Position numbers and translations under genes: made by a program. 64,000 bases of DNA from Rhizophagus irregularis (Eukaryota), in contig NC_089432.1 of the NCBI RefSeq assembly GCF_026210795.1, forward strand, positions 2,790,001 to 2,854,000. The letters are read 5' to 3'. This document shows positions 1 to 12,899 of the stretch, in pieces. The notes beneath the pieces were generated by a model. That model was not told where the DNA came from. It ran no database searches and was given only the letters and a program-made list of their open reading frames with translations. Each line of letters opens with the position of its first letter. Position 1 is the first letter of the stretch.

Positions 1-163
1 TTATTAATACCCTGTAATAAATCATCGTTTGTTAATTTTATTGCGCTATTCGTTTTAAAAAAAGCTCGACTAGGGAGAAATTCTTGGAATCAAAAATATT
101 TAGTTTATTTTCATAATAAATACATGTATTCTTTAATATTTCATTTTATGTGTTTACTACTAA

Positions 164-1714
164 TTAATTTCCTTTTATAAAATCACTTGTACGAATCACT
201 AAGCTAGAATAACTTTGCACTTTAATATTATACAACCCAAATTCTTTCACTTCATTGTTAAATGAAGATAAATCACTACTATGACCTCTAAGATCATATA
301 ATGGAGTTATAAAGAAAGATAAATACTCAACTCTTTTCTTTTTTAAGATATATTTTTTTATAGAAGGTAAAATATCTTGACCTTCAATACTATAGATTAA
401 TAATTTCTTAATAAAAGTATTTTGAGAATTTTTTAGAAATACTTCAAAATCAATTATTTTAATATGATGAAGAAATAAATGTAAATATTCTAATTTATAA
501 GGAATATGTTGACCTAAATTTTGTAATATAATTGAACTACATCCATTACTGTCATATGATGTACTGATTGAAAGATGATTAAGATTTTGTTTAATACTTT
601 CAATTAAATATAATACTGGATAAATAATTTGATCATCATTTCCAATTAAGTCAAGATATTTGATATTTTTACAATATTTTATAATTAATTCTAATATTTT
701 TTGTTTTGATGATGAATTAGGTATAAATCCAAATTCATACCCAAAATTTTCTAAATAATCACCGAATTTTTGTAATAATAATTGTAATGATTCAATTTGT
801 AATAATTCGTTTATAAATAAAGATTTCAATTTAAATGATTTAGTTAAATTAATAATTTGTTTAGTAAAATCATTATTTAAAGAAGTACATTTAATGATAT
901 GAACTGATTCTAAAACATTTAGTCGTTCAAAAATTCTATTTAAATTGGTTATACTGTTAAAATCAACACAATAAAAAATGATTGTATTTAAAGTATTTGA
1001 ACAATTATAATCTTTTGATAATAATAATGATTGATATAAAGGAAAATTATTATGACGTAAGAAAATTCTTTTAAGATTTTGATGTAAATTAATTATTTGA
1101 AATATATAATCATTATTGTCGTTTTTGAGAACACCTGAAGTATTAATATAAAGGTTTAAATTTCTAATATTGTGAATGAAATTTATACTTTTTAAAATTA
1201 ACCCAAGTATAGTATTAAGACACGGGTAATAATAATTACCTGAGATCTCAATTTCAAGAGTATGTAAATTTACTTCATTTTCAATAAAAATTTTAAATAA
1301 TGATATATTAATCAATTTTCTAATATCAGATGCTCTATATTCGGGGTTTAAAGGTTTAATAGCAGTTTCAACCCACTTTTCAACAGAGATAATAAACTTA
1401 AATGTATTCAAATATTTTAAAAACTTGAGATAATTGAACAGGGTATTCGAAGGTAATGAATTATTAATAATTTTACATTCATTTAATTCCGTCTTAATAT
1501 CATCAGTTATATTATGTAAGTAAATTTCAATAAAATTATAGTTTCCGGTACGTGATGAAAAAGGATTTTCCCACAATAATGGGATCGCTAAACGACACCA
1601 TAATCTGTTGATTAAAGTGCACGAATATAAAGTTGAATGATCATTTTGAAAATATTTTATAACTCCATAAGTTAATTCAGGTAAATCTCCTGAAAATATT
1701 TTTGAACATGTCAT
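164..1714 (-). CDS. F-box-like/LRR (RNI-like) protein of the Glomeromycota-expanded family
   Basis: 516-aa single-exon ORF with N-terminal LPEL..IKYF..LYSCTLINRLWCRLAIPLLWENPF F-box-like motif followed by degenerate LxxLxL repeats. Confidence 0.75.
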   Translation of the reverse strand: MTCSKIFSGDLPELTYGVIKYFQNDHSTLYSCTLINRLWCRLAIPLLWENPFSSRTGNYNFIEIYLHNITDDIKTELNECKIINNSLPSNTLFNYLKFLKYLNTFKFIISVEKWVETAIKPLNPEYRASDIRKLINISLFKIFIENEVNLHTLEIEISGNYYYPCLNTILGLILKSINFIHNIRNLNLYINTSGVLKNDNNDYIFQIINLHQNLKRIFLRHNNFPLYQSLLLSKDYNCSNTLNTIIFYCVDFNSITNLNRIFERLNVLESVHIIKCTSLNNDFTKQIINLTKSFKLKSLFINELLQIESLQLLLQKFGDYLENFGYEFGFIPNSSSKQKILELIIKYCKNIKYLDLIGNDDQIIYPVLYLIESIKQNLNHLSISTSYDSNGCSSIILQNLGQHIPYKLEYLHLFLHHIKIIDFEVFLKNSQNTFIKKLLIYSIEGQDILPSIKKYILKKKRVEYLSFFITPLYDLRGHSSDLSSFNNEVKEFGLYNIKVQSYSSLVIRTSDFIKGN

Positions 1715-3306
1715 ATTTGTAAATTTTTGAAAGTGAAAAAAGGGGAGTTAACAAATTTTTATTTTGTCGAATTGGGTAAATTATATCGATTTTTTGCCGA
1801 TATTGTCGCACAATTACGCCAATTAATCATGTGTCACAGTGTTACTCTGTTACATGTTTTAATGATTTAGCGCAATTTTAAACTAATGAAATCTAATTAT
1901 GGCAAAGATATACATAGTAAAGATATGCATATTATTCAAGTTTTAAATATTCCGAGTACTCAATGCGTTCAAGATTTATTTGTTTCAATTTCATGTAAGT
2001 TTATACTAAAATATATGGAAATAAGGAAAGTATACAGAATTTATAACCATATATTTCCGTATCTATTTTTTTAATAAGGAATATTTCTCACATACGTTAA
2101 ATTCTACATAGAAATCAACAAAATGTTCCATTTTTATTATAATGATTCGTCAATCAAAAAAATTATTGTCCAGAGCGTAGTCAAAGGACATTCTATTTTA
2201 AAGTGACGGTGATACGGCTGGCCGAACTGGACCTATTTCGACCAGTTAGGAATATTCGGCTCCCGTCGAAATATATCAAAATTTTAAGTAACGGCAAATC
2301 GTCAGAGAAAGAGGAAGAAGAAGAAGATATCGATGTTGATTTGGTGATTTGTATTTTATTCTGACAATCATTAGTAAAAATGTTAACGATAATTCTTTTT
2401 ATATAGAAAATCGAAAATTAAAACGAGACCGGTATGCAAGATATCGGCTATTGAGCGACAGAAAGCCGAAGAATGGCCTACTAAGAGAAGGAAGAAGGGG
2501 AAAAGGTGGTTTGTGCATCCGACTTCCTCTTATTCAAGAGTTGCCATGTTCCCTAAATACATTTCTCATTAATACTATTTTCACGTTCACGTTTATTTCA
2601 CTGATACTAGGTAAATATTTTGCTGGTAGTTAATCACGTGAAGAATCATCGCGAGATTACTCCTCTTCGGACTAATAAAACTTAATACATAAAACTTATT
2701 AAGAGTTTTAATTAACGTATTTGGAAGCTCTTTCAGACTGGACTCAGCATAGCGGTCTTTCATATAAATGTCGATCATTTTGTCGATCATTTTGTCGTTT
2801 TGTCACATTTTACAAAATTCGCTAATTAAATTAAATTTTTATCAATAGTTATAATAATTGTAAGAACCATCAAGACATTAATAAATTTAAGTGTTAAATC
2901 AAGCAAATAAAAACAAATATAAATATTAAAAAAATAAATTTTAAATTATAATATTTTACGGTGAAGTTAAACGTAAATAAAATAAATTTAACGTAAACTT
3001 AATTATAAAATCAACCATTAAATTAACCTTAATTAGCTCCAAATTATATTATTGACATAATTTAAATGAGTTTAATGCCTCCTCCAATTTCTATTTATAT
3101 CTTCATCAGCGAAAACAACTACATTATCATCATTATCCTCTAAACTTGCCTGGAATATCTTGCAATTATCTTTATTAATACCATTACAAAGTTATTTAAT
3201 CTAAAAGGAAAATCGCAAACTTTTTTTTCCAGAAACTTTTAACTGCTTTTCTGTGTAAACAATGTTATGATTTTTGAAAAAACTTCGGTAAAGGAGTAAT
3301 TATCAC

Positions 3307-4023
3307 TAGGGATGGTTAGGTCGGTCCTGGTCCGGTCCTGGTCCTGGGACCTATAAGTCCTATTGAACGAACCTGCGGACCAGGTCCTGTTAGGACCAGT
3401 CCTGGACCTGGTCCCAGGACCTGGTCCTGACTAAGTTATTTATAGATTTTATGAATTTTAGTAATAATTAAATATTAAAAAAGTGAGTTGCGATATCGGG
3501 ATTCACTTTTTTATATTGATTTTATATAAAAAAAGTGAGTTGCGGTATCGGGATTCACTTTTTTATATTGATTTTATATAAAAAAAGTGAGTTGCGGTAT
3601 CGCGATTCACTTTTTTATATTGATTTTATATAAAAAAAGTGAGTTGCGGTATCGCGAGTCACTTTTTTATATTGATTTTATATAAAAAAAGTGAGTTGCG
3701 GTATCGCGATTCACTTTTTTATATTGATTTTAATATAAAAATGTGAATCGCAATATCGCAACTCATTTTTTATATGATTTTAATAATATAAAAATTGTAT
3801 TGCAATATTGCAGTGCACTTTTTTATAATTTATAATTACTTAAAATCAAATTTACAGCAAATTATACATATATAATTTAAACATATAGGTCTCTTATAAC
3901 CTTATTGGCTAGGACTTTTTAGGACCTGGTCCGCTTCTGGTCCAAAATTTGGACCTAAAGATCTGCAGACCAGGTCCTAGGACCAGGTCTTTAGGTCCAG
4001 GACCTAGGACTTTACCATCCCTA
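3307..4023. mobile_element. Non-autonomous hAT-type TIR element (MITE)
   Basis: Ends TAGGGATGGT...ACCATCCCTA; perfect 8-bp TSD ATTATCAC at 3299-3306 and 4024-4031; subterminal GGACC/GGTCC repeats. Confidence 0.9.
3477..3830. repeat. 52-bp tandem repeat of palindromic units inside the MITE
   Basis: GTGAGTTGC recurs at 3483, 3535, 3587, 3639, 3691, plus 2 degenerate copies; unit core AAAAAAGTGAGTTGCGGTATCGCGATTCACTTTTTT is an imperfect hairpin. Confidence 0.9.
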
Positions 4024-4703
4024 ATTATCACGCATCTGGTCAATTATTTTTGTTTGATTAATAATTTGTTGAGAAGTATTAAAATTATTTGTTTGATGTC
4101 TAATACAACTGTGAAAGTTTTCTACATAATATAATAATCATTAAAGATATGAAGAGAACTTTTGATAATTTCTGCCAATAAAAAACGTCACTAAGAAATG
4201 CTAATGGCGGCGGTATCGATAAAAATTTTCCACATACGAAGCATTGCTTCTTCGTAAACTTCCCAACAACCACTTCCGAAAAATTATTGGATAAAAATCC
4301 AAAACTACATTTTTCTGTCCAGGATAATCCATAGGGGCAACTAAAATATTTTCTTCACAAAAAAATAAAAAATGGAGTTAATTTTAAACAATCGGTAATA
4401 TTAAAAATATTAAAATAATTTTTATTAAGATGTAGAAATATAAAAAAATACGTTGTCAATAATATAATCTTTGACAGTTTCAGTTTCTGATGTAAATCAG
4501 CTAGCTGAATCTTTTTTTTTGAATAGTTTCTTTTCTCACTATAAGTCCAGCATTTGGCAAAGTATCAATTTCCGATACGGAAGTTCCTGGTGCATTCAGC
4601 AAAAATCCTACACCCTCTTTTACGCCTACATTCCTTTTTTTCTTACTGAAATTAATTTTATTTTTTTAATTCTCAGTTTTCGCAATTGCAGAAATATAGT
4701 TAA

Positions 4704-5010
4704 ATGTTATTAAGTTGTTATGTCTTAGGTAAAGGAACTATTTTCTCGATCCCTCTTAGCGATAAAATTTCTATTGAAAAAGAAGAGTACTTCATAGAAT
4801 CGTTAACTATCGATATCCTCAAGAAGTATATCTGGAAACATGAAGAAAAAAAATCTTAAATTTGCTGACAATGCTTCTGAACTGGAACTTTGGCATGTTA
4901 ATGTTGTCAAAGAAGTTGTTGGTGTTTTTAACAAAGTTGATATTAAACAAAAGCTTGAAGGAAATAAAATGAAACCTAATTTTCTGTTTAGCAGAACAAG
5001 GTTGCCATAA
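4704..5010 (+). pseudogene. Crinkler (CRN)-type N-terminal ubiquitin-like header fragment, frameshifted
   Basis: MLLSCYVLGKGTIFSIPL..LTIDILKKYIWKHEEKK, shift in an A-run near 4850, then LKFADNASELELWHVNV..IKQKLEGNKMKPNFLFS; LWxV motif typical of fungal CRN headers. Confidence 0.6.
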
Positions 5011-5019
5011 CTTCCTTGA

Positions 5020-5355
5020 TCATTGCATCCACTTGTTCACCTTCACCAGAATGAGGGTTATAGATAGTAATAAATTTTTAAAATAGTGAAATATGTTAGA
5101 AAATGCGTGGAGACCTACTTTATTTGAAGTTAGGAATGACATTCCTAAAATGCAAATATCTTTAAAGTGCGCATGCGACATCTTTACCCAAGCTCCCTTA
5201 TTATTTATGCTAACATGAAAACTATCATTTAAGGGATCTGCTAATTCAATTCTAAATGAGCATAACACTTCCTCGCTGATATAGGTCACTGAGGACCCAG
5301 TATCAATGAAGAAGATTATCATCTTGATCTTATTTTTTATCTTGACTGTTGTCAT
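5020..5355 (-). CDS. Retropepsin-like aspartic protease fragment
   Basis: FFIDTGSSVTYIS catalytic motif and C-terminal ILGMSFL motif. Confidence 0.6.
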   Translation of the reverse strand: MTTVKIKNKIKMIIFFIDTGSSVTYISEEVLCSFRIELADPLNDSFHVSINNKGAWVKMSHAHFKDICILGMSFLTSNKVGLHAFSNIFHYFKNLLLSITLILVKVNKWMQ

Positions 5356-7171
5356 GCAGAAAAGGCAGGTTCAAGATAGAAGGAGAAGTTTAAGAATGAA
5401 AGTAGTTAAGAATTTTAATGAAATAAAAATTGAGACAATTATGTTGTTGAGGATATAGGTATTTATGAGAATAATAATAAAAAGAATGTAATAGAGCAAT
5501 GGTAGATATTGAAGTAATGATAGATGGTGAGAGGTTTCAAATTGAAATATTAAATTGTAAAATTTGTTATTTGAAAGAAATTTTGATTTGGTACAGTTGA
5601 TATTGATATTTGAAAATCTGTTTTTTGATTTTTTCCTTGAGGAAATTTAAGGGTATATATATATTTTTAAAAACCCTTTGAATACATAGATACATAGTGA
5701 TTAATAATAAAATAGATAAAAAAAATCAAGATTATCTATGAGTCACAATTAATTTATAAGTTATTTAACCTAAACTAGTAATATTAATTGATTTAATGAT
5801 GACTAATATGTATAATTGTGGCTTATAATACATAGTTACTAATATGATTTATTCCCTATAAACCATATAATTAACTTAAATATACTTGCATAATTAATTA
5901 CATATTATGATATTGTGTAATATTCCTATATTATTAAAGTTTTTATTTTTGTTAATTAAAATAAATTTATTAAATTTTATTCAAGCTAAATTTATTTTTG
6001 ATATATAGTTTAACAGTAGTTTTAGTATTGTATGTATACATTACTGAAAAAATAAACTCAGCTCTTGAGTGTACTAGTGTAAATAAATTAAACACGCGTG
6101 ATATACATAACAAAAATGACATTTTGATAGTTACACAAGAACCTAAAATATAATATTTCCTAGTTGGAGTTGTAGTGTGTACTATACTTACGTTTCGGAC
6201 AATAAAAAAAGGTATACTGAAGTCTATTTCTTATTAATCATGTACTGATTGTAATATACTGCGTATTGATAAAATATGTTAGTTTGTATTATTACTCATA
6301 CATCTAATCTCTAATCTCATAATTAACATGATGTAAAGTATTATTATTATTTTATTTAATAAAAAAACTTACTATAGTATGGAGTAACACGCAATAAAAA
6401 CTTGTCAAACACCCTTTTAAATAGGTTAAATAGGTAAAGATCTGTATATGAGATAAGAAATTACTTTGATATTTTGTTATTAGATGACATAAAGAGACAT
6501 GAGGTATAATGCAACAATACAAACTCACTCAGGTGGGATATAAAAGCAAAATGTTTTTTTTTTAAAACGGTTTGTTATTTAAATGGTTAAAATACGCAGA
6601 AATAATTAAATATCATAAAATTTGTCATATCTAATTTTGTACCTATAATTTATACTGAATTATTTAACTATCAAAGTTATTTGCATTTTATACAAAATGT
6701 GAGGATTTAATGAATTATAAAATCGGCCAATAAATTCTTTTAATTAAATTGAATTTGGTTTATTATCTGGATTTGAATCCCAACATCTTTTCATTAATTA
6801 AGTCGATATAACATTATGGTGCAATTTTGTCGTTTATTTCAGGTCTAATTCCATTACATATTTTTAATGCCAGAACCCCATCATGGGCACAATCATCAAA
6901 AGGTTGCCTTCTAGTTGCTATAACATACATAATCATACCAAAGCTATATATATCTGCTGCTTGAGTATAAGGTTTTCCTTTTAATACTTCAGGAGCTATA
7001 TAAGGTATAACTCCATAAATACTTATCATCAATTTTTTTACTCCCATATCAGAAATACATGCAACATAATCAATAGACTCATTATTTTCATTATGATACT
7101 GATCAAATTTTGTAAATTTTGTAAATAATATATTTCCAATATGAAAATCACGATGAACCATCTGTTTTTGA

Positions 7172-7565
7172 TAAGGATGGTCAGTCGGTCTTTCGGTCCT
7201 GGACGGTCCTGCCCGGTCTTTGGGAAAGTTATAAGGAATGCACCCTTGAATTTTAAGGCGCAGCAAGTATGGCTAAAGACCAATAAATGTCAAAATTTGG
7301 CCTTTATACTTCTTTTTTTAAGACCAGCAGAGGCGAAATTGGAAAAAGACCGAAAAAAGCAAAAAATACTGGTTTTGGCAAAATAAAAACCTGCCTAGCT
7401 CTAAATTGGGTGATTAGATTGAGACCAAAATTTACCACTTTTTGGTCTTTAATCAGTTCTGTTGTGCTACAAAAAATTGGAAGCACAGCCTTATTACTTT
7501 TCCAAAAATTTCCTAAAGACCGATCAGGACCGATCAAAGACCGCAGGACCGACTGACCATCTCTA
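7172..7565. mobile_element. hAT-type MITE inserted in a kinase exon
   Basis: TIR TAAGGATGGTCAGTCGGTC / GACCGACTGACCATCTCTA; 8-bp TSD GTTTTTGA (7164-7171, 7566-7573); removal restores HQKQMVHRDFH. Confidence 0.9.
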
Positions 7566-8140
7566 GTTTTTGATGAATTTTATTAAGTCCTTCAATAGTA
7601 TTAGTTAATACACTTAATTCATTAAATCAATCAAAAACTTCATACTTTTTATTTAAATAACTATTGAAATCTCCACCTTCTGCATATTCAATAACCATAA
7701 TATAATCATTTGTAGTTGGATTTTTAAATTATAAAGAAATTTCATACCTCATTTATAAATTCACCAAGGAAATTTTGTGAATTATGTAAACATTTTAAAG
7801 CAACTTTTGTATTTGATTCTCTTTTCCATTTATAATCAAGACTCATTCCAGGTCCTATATTACAATAGGATAATAAACCATCATTCCATATTACCGAATA
7901 TACTGTAGAGAAACCACCTTTACCAATTTCTTTAATATCATTAAACTGATCATATGGTATCCATTCAAATATCATACCAGAATCACTAGAATTATGATCA
8001 ATATTTAATTTTATTTCTTGAATTAAATCACTAATTTTGTTATTTTCATGATTTGTTTGACATGACATACAACTTTTATTATTTAATTCAAACTGATTAT
8101 TGTATTTTTTGCTACAGTTTTCACAATAATATTTACATTG

Positions 8141-8439
8141 CGGCGGATTTATGAAATTTGGCAAAAACCCTGGTGCGCCCTCGGGAATTAAAATTGACTT
8201 ACAGAAACATTAAGCCTTTTTTTCTAAAAAATGTCAAATATGACGCACCTTTAACACTGGAAAAATTGGTTAGGTAACGGAAAAATTGGTTAGACGCAAG
8301 ATTTGGGGTACAAAAAATTTTTTAGGGCTCATTTTGACCGTTCACTAATAAATTTGGGAAATTTGGTGACTGAAAGACTGTCAAATATTTATTTAATTTG
8401 ACATGACGGACAAATTTAGGGTATTTCATAAATCCGCCG
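8141..8439. mobile_element. MITE with 17-bp TIR and apparent 2-bp TSD (TG)
   Basis: CGGCGGATTTATGAAAT ... ATTTCATAAATCCGCCG; GC-richer than the flanking kinase exon. Confidence 0.8.
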
Positions 8440-9673
8440 TGATGAGTATAAAAACTAGAACAAAATCTCTTGTATTTGGATTTTGAGATACTCCATAACT
8501 TTCCTCAACTGAATATAAGATCTATTAAAATATAAAATCAATATATTATTTTCATTAATAATTAAATTAAATTAAATTTTCAAAAAAACTTCATGCCTCA
8601 TTTAAAAACGCGTGATTAATATTTTGTGAATTATATAGATATTTTAATAAAATCTTTTCATCTGATTCCCTTTTGTAATTCCTTCTTATTTTGCTATAAT
8701 ATAATGGTCCATCCTTCCATATTGCTGTAGCAAAGACACTATTTTCTATTTCTTTAACATCAATAAACTTATTGTATGGTATCCATTCAAATATCATATC
8801 ACCATATTCATTGAGTTTTAATTGCATCTTTTTGATGAAGTCATCAATTTTCTCATTTCCACTAGTCCAGTCTGCAAAATCATTTTTTAAACGATTCATT
8901 TCACGTGATTTACACCAATTATTATAAGCATTCTCGTCATATTTGTTTTCACATTTTAAACAATAATGATTAATATAATTATTATTAAAGACCAAAATAT
9001 AATCTCTTGTATCTGGATTTTGAGATATTCCGGAGACTAGAAATATGATTTAACCTATCAAATACAAAAAATCAAAAATTAATCTTATATTGTATTTAGT
9101 TTAAATAAATAAAAATTCAAATACCTTATTTAAAAATTCGTCAGTAATTTCTTGTGAATTATTTATATATTTTAAATAAACTTTTTCCTTATGTTAGACT
9201 ATTATTTCAAGTTATTTTCGTATTAGGTTAATACCCGAACCAATTTTGATATATACTCGTTTGATTTTGTATTTTTGTATCAATGTTAGAATATAAGAAT
9301 GAACCTATTTTGAAATATTTCTATTAATTATTTGTTCAATTTATCGAATGGTATTTGTATGTTATCGTTATACGAATTCAACGTTAAATAAAGTCACACG
9401 TACTGTACATTAAAAAAAAAATTTTCAAATTGATAAAATTTTCGAATAATTTGTATCACTCGGTTGAAAATTAATAGGACTCAATATTGTACGACTTAAC
9501 TGTTATTTAATGATTGCGTAATTTGTATTACACAAAAAAAAAAGGAAAAATATTTCCCGACATAATTAAGGCAAAAAATATATAATTGGTGAAGATCAAA
9601 TTTTAGGTAACATTAAATTTATATATAAAGTTCCCATTCACGACATTTTTTCTTTTTTATATTTAAAAAAAAA

Positions 9674-12151
9674 ATGGATGGTAATAAATTATTACGAAAA
9701 TTATCACAAAATTTACTTGAAGTTTTAGATGATGGCGAATATTACGATATTATGATTGAAGTTGGTGATGGTAAAACTCACGCAAAAATATTTCGTGCTC
9801 ATATGGCCATATTAAATTATCGTTCTCCTTATTTACGAGAAATTTTATTTGAAAATAAATGGAAGAATTATGATGGAACTTTAGTACGAATTGAATTACC
9901 AAATATTTTGCCGGAAATTTTTCAAGTAATTTTAAGGTATTAAAAAAAAATATATTATTTATGCATTTTATAATCATATAATTTTTTTTTTTAATCGTGA
10001 ATGATTTTTTTTATTTATTTAGATATATTTATGGAGGGAAGTTAACTTTGAAAAATTATGATAATTTATATATAATTAAATTATTGATTGCTGCTAATGA
10101 ATTAAGTATTAAGGAATTGGTTATTTATATACAATTATTTTTGATTAATAACAGAGCAAATTGGTTGGAACAAAATTTTTATTTGATATATCAGACAATT
10201 TTTGAAAGTTATTCTTTCTTAGAACTTCAAAATTATTGTAATAATTTAATGTCAAAAAATCCGAATAAGATATTCGAATCATTAGATTTCCCTTCAATTC
10301 CAGAAAAAATTTTTATTTCGATTATTCAAAATGATAATCTTCAAATGGATGTAGTTCAAATATGGAAAAATGTTCTTAAATGGGGTCTTGCACAAAATCC
10401 GGAGCTTTCTTCAGAACCTCTTAGTTATTCAAAAGATGATTTTAATAATTTAAGGAATACCTTAGAACAATGTATTCCTTTTATTAAATTTTATGATTTA
10501 ACTTCTAAAGAATTTTCGGATAATATATTACCTTATAGGAAAATTATACCAGAGGAATTATATTTGGATTTATTACAAAGCTTTTTAAATTTACACCCTG
10601 ATAGCAAATTAAATATATCAAAACCTCATATGGTTAAAGAAATTAATCCTTCTCAACATAATATAAATAAATCGATAGAAATATTTAATCCTGCACCTTT
10701 TAGCAGAACTAATAAACGTCGTGTTAGAAGATATAGACAGGTATTTTTAATGACTTTTATGATTTTATCAAGAAATATATTTTATTTTTTAAGTTTGATT
10801 TATGAATCGCTTATTAATATTTTTTTGAAATTATATTTAGAGGTTAAAGAAGGTAAATTTTTCAAATTCTCCAAAGAAATTAATTTACGTCCAATTAATA
10901 TTTTGAATTAATTTTGAATTTTTTTTTCTTTTTTTTTTTTAATCACATATAAAGATTTTTTCCCAGATTGACAGTGAAAATTGTAGTCGTGGTTTTGGTC
11001 GTGGTTTTGGTCGCGGTCGCGGTCGTGGCGGTCGTTTTGGTAGAGGTCGTGATGAAGGCGATGAAGGAGAGGTATTGATTTAATTTTATCACGAAATAGA
11101 TTTATATATATATATGTTATTTTGAAATTTATGATCAAACATTTTTTTTTTTAATCACGTATAAAGATTTGTTTTCGTGGTGGTTACGGTCGTGGTCGTG
11201 ATGAAGGAGAGGTATTGATTTAATTTTATCATGAAATAGATTTATATATATATATGTTATTTTGAAATTTATGATCAAATTTTTTTTTTTTTAATCACGT
11301 ATAAAGATTTTTTCCCAGATTAACAGTGAAAATTGTAGTCGTGGTCGTGGTCGTGGTCGTGGTCTTGGTCGTGGTCTTGGTCGTGGTCGTGGTCGTGGTG
11401 GTCGTGGTTACGGTCGTGGTCGTGATGAAGGAGAGGTATTGATTTAATTTTATCACGAAATAGATTTATATATATATGTTATTTTGAAATTTATGATCAA
11501 AATTTATTTTTATTGCTTTATTTTAAAAGACGCCTATAAATTATAGTTCATGGGATAGAGTAGTACTTGTAAGAGATACATGGAATACTGAAGAGCATTT
11601 AAAGTATACATGGGAGAAACCTACGAAGGATGCATGGGACTTCACATTGGATGGTTCTGCAGGTGAATGGGGTGAAACGCCAGTAGCGCCGCAGTCTGCA
11701 GGTGGATGGGGTGAACTCATTGAAGAACCAGAAGCAGGTGGATGGGGTGAAGAGCCAGAAGCGTTGCAGTCTGCAGGTGGATGGGGTGAAGAGCCAGAAG
11801 CGCCGCAGTCCGCAGGTGGATGGGGTGAAACGCCAGTAACGACAGCTACAGGTGGGTGGGATGAACTCATTGAAGAGCCAGAAGCGCCGCAGTCTGCAGG
11901 TACTGCAGGTAGTTTGGATGATACGCAAGTAGCGCCGCAATTTGTGGATGATGTGAAAACATCTATTTCTAGTGATTATGTTTCTGGACGGAGTACAGAA
12001 AAGGTAACTATAAAAATATTTATTAAGTATTTTATATTTAATTTAAAATTCATGAATATAATTTATCTTTTACGACAAGGATCCTCAGAGTAGCACGATT
12101 ATTGAGAATAGCAATACGAAAAAGAAAAAAAACAAAAAAAAGAAAGTATAG
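9674..12151 (+). CDS. BTB/POZ-BACK protein with RG/RGG exons, GW/WG repeat tract and basic C-terminal tail (8 predicted exons)
   Basis: Exons 9674-9936, 10023-10740, 10841-10852, 10955-11071, 11167-11211, 11307-11435, 11530-12003, 12080-12151; all introns GT-AG; frame open throughout; BTB motif FRAHMAILNYRSPYLR..LPNI.PEIF..ILRYIYGG. Confidence 0.8.
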
Positions 12152-12899
12152 TCATATGCAGATTTGGTGAAATAATGACGTAATTAATGAAAGTTTTTCA
12201 GGTTTTTGTTTTTATTCTAAATTTCCAATTCTTATTTACCCAAAACAATCTTAAACTCAATGTAGTACTAGTTATATAAATAAGAATTTACTAATATTAA
12301 CGTTAATGACTCACACTCTTATATCACCATTTGACTATTTGACAGTACATCTACTTATTTAAGATATTAAAATGATCGATTTACGTCTGAAATTTCGACA
12401 AAATTATCAACCAGTGTAAGACCTAAGCCCGTGATAAGTCACGTTGCCTTAGGCTTAACAAAATAATACTTTATTAATAATATAAATAAATACAAATATA
12501 TGCTTGATAATTACTAAATTAAATCATATAAAATCTGAAAATTTCAACTTTCCTTTTATTTACTATGTATATAATCAAATAGTTTTAATCGCGAAATTAC
12601 TAGTTTTATTTAAGTTAGATTTTTTAAACTTTTAAATCTTATCATATTTGAAATAATTTCAATGAATTTTATTATAACAAAAATATAAAATAAATAAGTA
12701 CATAATTTCGAAATATGGTCACTAAAATTTAAAATTCTATTTAACGTAATTTTCACTAAAAAAATTAAAATAAAAACAAAAAAAAAATACTATATTTCTA
12801 AATACACTCAAAAAAGTTAATGCTAATGTATAATTACTATAATGTCATTAATATTGCTGGTCAATTACTTAATATTATGATTTTTATACAATACTTTTA

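Larger units (their letters stand above)
6730..9190 (-). pseudogene. TKL protein kinase pseudogene with repeated Cys-containing N-terminal modules, disrupted by two MITEs
   Basis: GKGGFSTVY, VALK, HRDFHIGN, SDMG and APE motifs spread over fragments; frameshifts; insertions at 7172-7565 and 8141-8439. Confidence 0.85.

Noticed and set aside
2190..2800. Possible transposon or gene relic with an acidic exon-like piece
   Set aside because: No TIR pair, TSD or domain could be established
3477..3830. CRISPR-like palindromic repeat array
   Set aside because: Linkers are identical rather than unique spacers, there are no cas genes, the context is eukaryotic, and it lies within a MITE
7038..7556. 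Several overlapping short ORFs
   Set aside because: They arise from the GC-richer MITE and the antisense of the kinase; no transposase motifs
11541..11940. Minus-strand ORFs with PHPPA / FTPSTC repeats
   Set aside because: Antisense shadows of the GW/WG exon, which splices in frame on the plus strand
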